IMG/VR virus record: IMGVR_UViG_3300017987_000001 | Location: 62,001 to 126,000 of that record | Direction: 5' to 3' (one strand) | DNA length: 64,000 nt | Shown: positions 57,881 to 64,000 of the stretch, one piece after another | How positions within the stretch are numbered: position 1 is the first letter of the stretch | Layout: every line of letters starts with the position of its first letter | Position numbers and translations under genes: made by a program | The notes under the pieces: model-generated | The model's input: the letters and a program-made list of their open reading frames with translations, nothing else | The model's database searches: none | What the model was told of the DNA's origin: nothing

Positions 57881-59358
57881 TAGAACCCTACCGTGGTCTC
57901 TGAACCCTTGTGCGCCTCAAGCAGCTCCTTCGTCAGATCTTCCGGCGATGCCTTCTCTACAGGCCCGCGCGTTGACTTCTCGCCCTTCTGCGCCGGGAAA
58001 TGCATCCCCTGCTGCTGCTCCAGTCGCTGATTGAGCTGCTTGATCAGCGCCTTCTGCTCCTCTGGCGTCATCGCGTTGATTTCGTCCATCGATGGCATTC
58101 CCGCCGATTCCGAGATGGACGTTTCTGCCTCCGCCTTTGGCGGCTTCTTCGGACCGGCAGGCTCATCGTGCTGCTTTGCCGCGCCCGGAGGTGCAACTGT
58201 CGCAGCCTCTGCAGCCTCGGCACGACCAGCGACCGACTCTTCTGCCGCTGGCGCTTCTTCCGGTGCCGCCTTCGGTGCTTCTTCCGCAGGAGCCTCACCA
58301 GCGCCCTCGCCCCTGCCCTTGAGGTAATCATAGAGACCATAGCCGCCCGCGCCAACACCAGCACCGGTCAGGATGCTGAGCAGGAAGTTGCGCTTCCGCT
58401 TTGCCGCCTGCTCGGGCGTCTCATCCTCACCGCCACCGAGCATGCCGGGAAGCCCGGCAAGAAGTCCAAGGCCGCCACCGAGTCCACCGCCGACCAGATA
58501 CGGTCGGATCTTCTGCAGCAGCCCGCTCCAGTCGAGCGCGCGCTTCACCATGCCGAGCTTCGCGCCGACATCGAACGCGGTCTTGGGGTCCATGTTGTGG
58601 CTCGCATTCTTCATGAGTTCACGAACGAGAATCGGGAGGCCGCCCATGGTGCCTGCGCCGAGCGCACCGCCACTCAACGCTGCGATAAGTGGCACGCCGT
58701 ACGACTGGAAGTTCGTCGGCGCGAGATCTTGGTAGAGCGCCTCTTGCCGCGCGGGGTCATCGGGATGCGAGAGCGCTGCCTGCCGTCGCGCGCGTGCCTT
58801 GTTCTCAGGAACACTGAGCGCGGTAAGGCCGCCCAGTCCACCCGCACCGAGAAGCGCACCAATGATCGTGCGGCTCGTATCATCCTCCAGCAGCTTACCG
58901 ATATCGAGAGCTTTCTTTTGCATAGGTACTCCAGCTGACTGAGACTTCCCAAACAACTCCGGCAGCTTCTCCATATGGAGGCGAAGATCCGTCTTGTCCC
59001 CGAAATCGGGAAGCTCTGGGACATTCGGAAGCGGGTACATCGGTCCCGTTCCCATCGACTCTCGGAAGCGCTTCACCCAGCTGAGATCCTTGAGCGGCTG
59101 CACTGCCTTGTCAAAGCCGCCACCGGCCAGATACCCACCGCCGATACCAAGCCCCGCCCCAGCAAGGATACCAGCAAGGTCACCGGCAGACATCTGATCA
59201 CCATGGAACTTCGCCATCTGCTCGGCGGCTTCCGGATTATCCCGGAGAATCTCCTTGATGCGTTCTCGATTCTGCTTGCGACGACGATGCACGAGATACG
59301 TCATCAGCCCAGCGCCGCCAACGCCGCCGAGAAGTGCTCCCAGATTCTCAGACTTCAT
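57880..59358 (-). CDS. Polyprotein-like protein with three Gly-zipper hairpin modules separated by KxA sites (492 aa)
   Basis: Three pairs of GxxxG helices; QKKA, MKNA and AFDVGAKLGMVKRA fall at module boundaries. Confidence 0.75.
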   Translation of the reverse strand: MKSENLGALLGGVGGAGLMTYLVHRRRKQNRERIKEILRDNPEAAEQMAKFHGDQMSAGDLAGILAGAGLGIGGGYLAGGGFDKAVQPLKDLSWVKRFRESMGTGPMYPLPNVPELPDFGDKTDLRLHMEKLPELFGKSQSAGVPMQKKALDIGKLLEDDTSRTIIGALLGAGGLGGLTALSVPENKARARRQAALSHPDDPARQEALYQDLAPTNFQSYGVPLIAALSGGALGAGTMGGLPILVRELMKNASHNMDPKTAFDVGAKLGMVKRALDWSGLLQKIRPYLVGGGLGGGLGLLAGLPGMLGGGEDETPEQAAKRKRNFLLSILTGAGVGAGGYGLYDYLKGRGEGAGEAPAEEAPKAAPEEAPAAEESVAGRAEAAEAATVAPPGAAKQHDEPAGPKKPPKAEAETSISESAGMPSMDEINAMTPEEQKALIKQLNQRLEQQQGMHFPAQKGEKSTRGPVEKASPEDLTKELLEAHKGSETTVGF

Positions 59359-59365
59359 GCGTATC

Positions 59366-59382
59366 TCCAGACAGGCAGGCAG
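59366..59382. repeat. 17-bp inverted repeat, left arm TCCAGACAGGCAGGCAG
   Basis: Exact reverse complement of 59824-59840. Confidence 0.9.
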
Positions 59383-59388
59383 TGCCTG

Positions 59389-59802
59389 TTATATCTTCTC
59401 GACCGTCTTACCGGCGTCGTTCATCACATACGCCGGAGACACAAAGGCTACAAGCTGCTCAGCGCCGTTCGCTTTGTGCAACACCGCAACATGAATCGGC
59501 TTGCGGAGCGCTCCGTGCGACTCGAAGATCTCACCCGCGTACAACGGGTCCACAAGCAGATCGTGCTTGTTATCCGGTCCTCCGATGTCCACCCCAAGCA
59601 GGATTGGTACACGCTTGGCTTTCGGCGGAGCGTTCGGATCATTCGACTGCGGTTCGTCCTGCTCCCATTCGTACAAGGCAAGCTGTGTGTTCGGGTCGCC
59701 GATCTCGCCAAAAACCCCGAGCCACATCTTGCCCAACTCGACCTTGTCCGACTCGTACATCACCCAACGGCTCGTGTTGTAGTCTACCGTCTTCAGAATC
59801 AT
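59389..59802 (-). CDS. Hypothetical beta-rich protein bracketed by inverted repeats (137 aa)
   Basis: ORF ending AYVMNDAGKTVEKI; no KxA targeting helix or Gly-zipper, unlike its neighbours. Confidence 0.7.
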   Translation of the reverse strand: MILKTVDYNTSRWVMYESDKVELGKMWLGVFGEIGDPNTQLALYEWEQDEPQSNDPNAPPKAKRVPILLGVDIGGPDNKHDLLVDPLYAGEIFESHGALRKPIHVAVLHKANGAEQLVAFVSPAYVMNDAGKTVEKI

Positions 59803-59823
59803 GACTGCCTGCCTTCTATCTGT

Positions 59824-59840
59824 CTGCCTGCCTGTCTGGA
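59824..59840. repeat. 17-bp inverted repeat, right arm CTGCCTGCCTGTCTGGA
   Basis: Exact reverse complement of 59366-59382. Confidence 0.9.
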
Positions 59841-60545
59841 CTACTTGAGCGCTATCGGGTCTAGCGCGGTACGAACGTTCGTTGCAATGTTCTCAATACC
59901 CTTTCCGACACCATAACCGAGCAGTCGGCCGCCACCGTAACCAAGCGCGCCGTAACCAAGCCCCTTCAGCGGCACACCGATGAGATCCTTCCAGACTGGT
60001 CGGCGCACCTTAGAGTACAGCGCTTTGGCTCGCGCCTTGTCGCCGCCGCTCGCAATAAAGGCCATACGCCGATCAGCTTTCCGTCGGCTAAGTGCGTGCA
60101 TCAGCGCGGCAAGAAGTCCGTAGGTTCCGGCCACTCCACCATACAACTTGCCGGTACTCTGCGACATGCGAGTACTAAGCCGCTCAGGAACAGGACGCAG
60201 TTCGGGTTCGGGCTTGGGCGCGGCTGGTGCGGCTGGTGCGGGCGTACCAGCCTCAGCGGACTGGGAGAACATCGCTTTTAGCGCATCCAAGTATCCGCCA
60301 TCCGGAGCGAGCTTGTCTTTGTAGATTGCAGGAGTGAGTGCAGTGCCGCCGAGACCGCCTACCGCACCGCCGATCATTGCGTTGCGTAGGATCTTCGAGA
60401 GCTTGTCCTTCTTCGAGAATAGGCCAGTCAGCGCGCCAAGCCCGGCACCCCCGAGCGTCGTCATCAACGGGATGCTCGATGGGTTGATCTCCGCGCGCTT
60501 CGTGAGTCCAACCATGTAGCCGAGCGCGATCGCTTGATTCGACAT
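59841..60545 (-). CDS. Two-module Gly-zipper protein with N-terminal AIALGYMVGLTKRA (234 aa)
   Basis: ATG 60545 with AAGGAG; four Gly-rich hydrophobic helices. Confidence 0.75.
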   Translation of the reverse strand: MSNQAIALGYMVGLTKRAEINPSSIPLMTTLGGAGLGALTGLFSKKDKLSKILRNAMIGGAVGGLGGTALTPAIYKDKLAPDGGYLDALKAMFSQSAEAGTPAPAAPAAPKPEPELRPVPERLSTRMSQSTGKLYGGVAGTYGLLAALMHALSRRKADRRMAFIASGGDKARAKALYSKVRRPVWKDLIGVPLKGLGYGALGYGGGRLLGYGVGKGIENIATNVRTALDPIALK

Positions 60546-60554
60546 TGCCACTCC

Positions 60555-62897
60555 TTAGAGGATCTGCTCCAGCTCTGCCTCAGCCGTCGCGTCGCTGACG
60601 TCCGGCTCGATGGTCTTCTGCTTCAGGAACAGCGTCAGGTCGCCGAGGTTCTCGAACACGTTGTTGAGGTTGTCCTCAAGCTCCGGCATGTCCTGCGAAC
60701 CGTAGCGATCCTTGAACTTATCGAAGTGCCAGTAGTACATGAACTTGATCCGACCAATGCGATCGAGGCCGAGCATCAGATCGCTGAGGTACTGATCGAC
60801 GACAGTGTTCGGATCCATCGACTTCACAAGCCCGGAGATCACGCTCGTGTCGAGCACTTCCTTCTGCCCCTGCGCAGCGGCCTGCTGCGCTTGGAACGTC
60901 GCGTCCATGTCCATCGTCGTCGCGCCGTAGCGATCGAGTGGGGTCTCGTTCGCCGAGACAAGCTCGTCCTGCGGATACATGACGCGCGGGTTCGTGAAGA
61001 GCGTCGGGTCGGTCGACGTCATCGGCTCCTGCAGCGCAGGTGCGAAAGGCTGCGCGTGCTTGACGAAGAACTTCGGTGAGCCGCTGCGGCGAGCCTGCTT
61101 CAGGATGCCATCGGCGTCGGCTTCGCGCATGCGATAGTCGATAACGAGCTTCTTGAGCGCGGCAATCTTGCTCATCGGACGTCCGATGTTGCCATTATCG
61201 CGCACCCACCACTCGATGCCGTCGGTGACGGCCTGAATCTCGCGGACGTTCGCACTCTTGAAGATGCTCAGCTCGATCTCGGCGATCGACTGTGGTGTGG
61301 CCATATCGTCCAGTTCGGCCTTGCGCCGCTTCTCTTCTCTGCGCGCCCAGTCGCTATCGGGGCGATCGAGCTTCCACGGCTCGATCATATCCTTCGACAG
61401 CTTGATGACCTTGAAGCCGTTCGGCACGAAGTAGTCGCTGCCGATCTGCGTGATGTTGTTGCCGGGCTTGTTCGTGATGACCATGCACTTATCGTAGCGT
61501 CCGCCGCCCTCAACGATGTTGTCGTAGCGACTGTACTTCGCATCCGACACATTGAAGGTCTGCCCACGATACGGCGGATAGAGCAGCTTCTTCATCTTCT
61601 CGTCGGCGTTGCGTGCGCGCGGCCAGTTGTCGAACTCGCCGTAGAGCGTGGTCCGGCCGTCTGCAACAACGCGGCGCTCGACGAAGAACGGTACGGAGCC
61701 ATCACCCTTCTCGTTGACGAAGATGACCTTCTGCCGCTCGGACACAGAGCTGGGAGCGGGAAGACCGTCGAAGACCTTCTTCCATTCGTCGAACTTGTGA
61801 CCCTCATTATCGACGAAGACGTTCTCCTTGTTCGTCGTCATCATGCGCCCGGACTTCGGGTCGACCACGGTCACGTTCCCGCGATCGTAGTCATACATGC
61901 ACTCGGCACCCTTGGGGTCGAGCATGACGAGCCGCTGCTGATACGAGCCATCAGCCATGAGCACGCGACAGTACGAACTGCAGTGAGGGTTCTGCAGCGT
62001 CTGCGAGATGCGCGTCGAGTAGACCGTCGAGGTCTCGTCATCTCCACGATTGTCGCGCACGACATAGCGATCACGCTGGAGGCGCTCCTTCTCGTCCTCG
62101 CTCAGCATCGTGTCATCGAGATCGAGCACGTTCGCACGATCGGCGATCATGATCTGGACGTCGGGAGCCGTGTCCTCGATCATCTTGTCGCCGTCAGCCG
62201 CCTTCTTCTCCATGGGTTCGGCGACAAAGGCTTCCTTCGCTGCTTCGAGGATAGCATCCATGTCGTAGATGCTGAGCAGACTGTCGGTGAATGCCGCGTT
62301 CTTGCGCATCGTAGCGAGCAGCACACGTGCAGCGCTCCAGCCAGCATCCTTGATGAAGCTTGGGAGATCCCACTTGTCGCGCAGCGCCGCGCGCTTCTCG
62401 CCGCCCGGGGGGCTCATGATGACGTGCAGGAAGGGCTTGAAGTCGTCGGCTATCGTGGAGGACAGGTAGTCCGTCAAGCCACGCAGCGACTGATCGCTCG
62501 CATACTTCGACCCGGTGTACGGGGGCCGAGCCATCGCGTTGAAGTCGGGCTGCTGGATACCCATCTCGCCCGGCGTCATCTCCTCGGTCTCGCCGAGAAT
62601 ATGCGGACGACGGTTGAGGAGGTAGTTGATCCAGTTCTCCTGCAGCGGAACGAAGGCGTCCTGACTCTTCAGGTAGAGCAGGTCGTCGCCCTTCAGCTGA
62701 CCGTTGAGGAAGAAGACGGGGGCGTACATCCACTCGTCCCCGACGCTGAAGCCCCACACACCGACGGCGTGCGTGTTGTCTTCGCTCTTATCGAGGAGCT
62801 GGAAACCTACCAGATGGTCCAGCAGGCCGGGCGCGCGGTCACGAAGGCGAGCGTGCGCGAGGTCAGCGAATGTTCGTTCGAATTCTGCATCTGGCAT
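60555..62897 (-). CDS. Large multidomain head-associated protein (780 aa)
   Basis: Long ORF with RBS; KxA sites (SKYA, EKRA, EKKA, FKSA, VKHA) at apparent domain boundaries. Confidence 0.7.
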   Translation of the reverse strand: MPDAEFERTFADLAHARLRDRAPGLLDHLVGFQLLDKSEDNTHAVGVWGFSVGDEWMYAPVFFLNGQLKGDDLLYLKSQDAFVPLQENWINYLLNRRPHILGETEEMTPGEMGIQQPDFNAMARPPYTGSKYASDQSLRGLTDYLSSTIADDFKPFLHVIMSPPGGEKRAALRDKWDLPSFIKDAGWSAARVLLATMRKNAAFTDSLLSIYDMDAILEAAKEAFVAEPMEKKAADGDKMIEDTAPDVQIMIADRANVLDLDDTMLSEDEKERLQRDRYVVRDNRGDDETSTVYSTRISQTLQNPHCSSYCRVLMADGSYQQRLVMLDPKGAECMYDYDRGNVTVVDPKSGRMMTTNKENVFVDNEGHKFDEWKKVFDGLPAPSSVSERQKVIFVNEKGDGSVPFFVERRVVADGRTTLYGEFDNWPRARNADEKMKKLLYPPYRGQTFNVSDAKYSRYDNIVEGGGRYDKCMVITNKPGNNITQIGSDYFVPNGFKVIKLSKDMIEPWKLDRPDSDWARREEKRRKAELDDMATPQSIAEIELSIFKSANVREIQAVTDGIEWWVRDNGNIGRPMSKIAALKKLVIDYRMREADADGILKQARRSGSPKFFVKHAQPFAPALQEPMTSTDPTLFTNPRVMYPQDELVSANETPLDRYGATTMDMDATFQAQQAAAQGQKEVLDTSVISGLVKSMDPNTVVDQYLSDLMLGLDRIGRIKFMYYWHFDKFKDRYGSQDMPELEDNLNNVFENLGDLTLFLKQKTIEPDVSDATAEAELEQIL

Positions 62898-62949
62898 TTC
62901 AGATCCCCTTCGGCCAGCTAGTAGAGCGCGTAGCTACCCGCCAGCGTCC

Positions 62950-63447
62950 TTACGTGTACATCATCGTGTCTGTCGGCGACTTCCGACCCGGAAGCTGCGG
63001 CATCGGCATCTTCGTCTTCCCGCGTGTGGCTTCAGCGATGACCGACTCAGGCGCTTCATCGTAGCCCTCGTCGGGGAACATCTCCTTGCCCTGAGTGACG
63101 TTGGTCATCATCTTGTCGCGCGCCTTGAGGCCGCGCATCAGCTTCGCCATCGTCGGCATGAACGACATCTCTTCGAGCGGCATCCCCATACGACGACCCT
63201 GCTCCAGCTCGTGCTGCGAGAAGGTCGGCCGCTGCTGCTGACGATAGAGCCACGGGCGCACAGTCTCCGGAGCCTTGGAGAACCACTGCTTCACGGCTTC
63301 TTCTTCAGTCATCTCCGGCTCGGCGGGCTGCTGCGGCTGAGCGGTCTGCTGCGCAGCCTGATCCTTCTTACCGCCCCCGAACAGGCTCGAAATCAGTCCG
63401 AGCAACCATGTGCCGAGGTCGAAGCTTTCCTTTACGAGCGGCTCCAT
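62950..63447 (-). CDS. Met/Pro/Gln-rich protein with N-terminal hydrophobic helix (165 aa)
   Basis: AAGGAG RBS; LVKES followed by FDLGTWLLGLISSLFGGG. Confidence 0.65.
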   Translation of the reverse strand: MEPLVKESFDLGTWLLGLISSLFGGGKKDQAAQQTAQPQQPAEPEMTEEEAVKQWFSKAPETVRPWLYRQQQRPTFSQHELEQGRRMGMPLEEMSFMPTMAKLMRGLKARDKMMTNVTQGKEMFPDEGYDEAPESVIAEATRGKTKMPMPQLPGRKSPTDTMMYT

Positions 63448-63456
63448 GATCTCTCC

Positions 63457-64000
63457 TTACGAGCTGAACGCCCGACGGGCGTAATCCTCAAACTGGTTGC
63501 GCATCAGTCGTCGCTTATCCGCAACCATCATCGGCTCAAACTTCGACTGAATCTGCTCGGGCGACATGCCGGTCCATTTGCGCCAAAGTGGCGCTTCATA
63601 TGGCGGCGTCTGATCGTACTGCTGCGGCGGCATCATGAACGGCGGCGGTGGTGGCATCGGCCCGGCAGCCATCATCGGACCCGGGTAGCTTGCGAACTGT
63701 ATTCCCGGGCGCGGGCCGCGCGGCATCGACGGGGCCGGTCGACCCTTCGAGAACTCGGCGTAGCTGACCGGCGTGCGCTTCTTGACTTCTGCCTCACGCT
63801 CTTCGTCACGCTTCTTGCGCTCTTGCTCCTGCTGCATTCGCTGACGGAACATCAGCGTCTGCCACGGTGTACCCATCGACGCGAGATAGCGCTCAACCGT
63901 CGGTGTCACCCACGATGGTTTGGCGATCGGCTGGAAGTACGCTGGGTTAATACCGACATCTTTGAAGGTACTGACCAGCTCGGGTGGCAGCGACTTCATT
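63457..64000 (-). CDS. 3' part of a Pro/Met-rich protein, probably starting beyond the window
   Basis: Frame open to the window edge; composition like its neighbour. Confidence 0.55.
   Translation of the reverse strand, partial: MKSLPPELVSTFKDVGINPAYFQPIAKPSWVTPTVERYLASMGTPWQTLMFRQRMQQEQERKKRDEEREAEVKKRTPVSYAEFSKGRPAPSMPRGPRPGIQFASYPGPMMAAGPMPPPPPFMMPPQQYDQTPPYEAPLWRKWTGMSPEQIQSKFEPMMVADKRRLMRNQFEDYARRAFSS

Noticed and set aside
60555-62897. Portal or terminase
   Set aside because: No Walker A/B, nuclease or portal-like pattern recognised; left as a head-associated unknown

Overview
The whole 64 kb is the virion-morphogenesis region of a large, GC-rich tailed bacteriophage with a contractile tail. 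All credible genes lie on the minus strand. Read in transcription order (right to left) the modules are: (1) about 15 putative internal-head/cargo proteins; (2) prohead protease, scaffold, decoration protein and major capsid protein; (3) appendages: interrupted collagen fibre, giant beta-helix, tail fibres and three lectin-like domains; (4) a glycan-modification cassette: sulfotransferase-like, GT4, DUF115-like and methyltransferase genes; (5) neck, sheath, an inserted moron, tube, spike/hub, frameshifted tail chaperone and a very short tape-measure candidate; (6) baseplate genes with an embedded GT32 and a sigma-70 factor. No terminase, portal, integrase, tRNA, rRNA or CRISPR array was recognised. 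The most striking unexplained patterns are two mutually exclusive protein 'zip codes'. K-x-A motifs, often in an A[FY]xxGxxxG[LM]xKxA helix followed by glycine-zipper hairpins, mark the head-interior proteins. Mixed-codon poly-serine tags mark about 9 exterior proteins, in a genome that carries its own glycosylation enzymes. Also notable are a ~300-nt pseudoknot-capable structured RNA in the moron, a gene bracketed by 17-bp inverted repeats, and duplicated gene-end scars around the glyco-cassette. All product calls come from motif recognition and synteny by eye; no database search was run.
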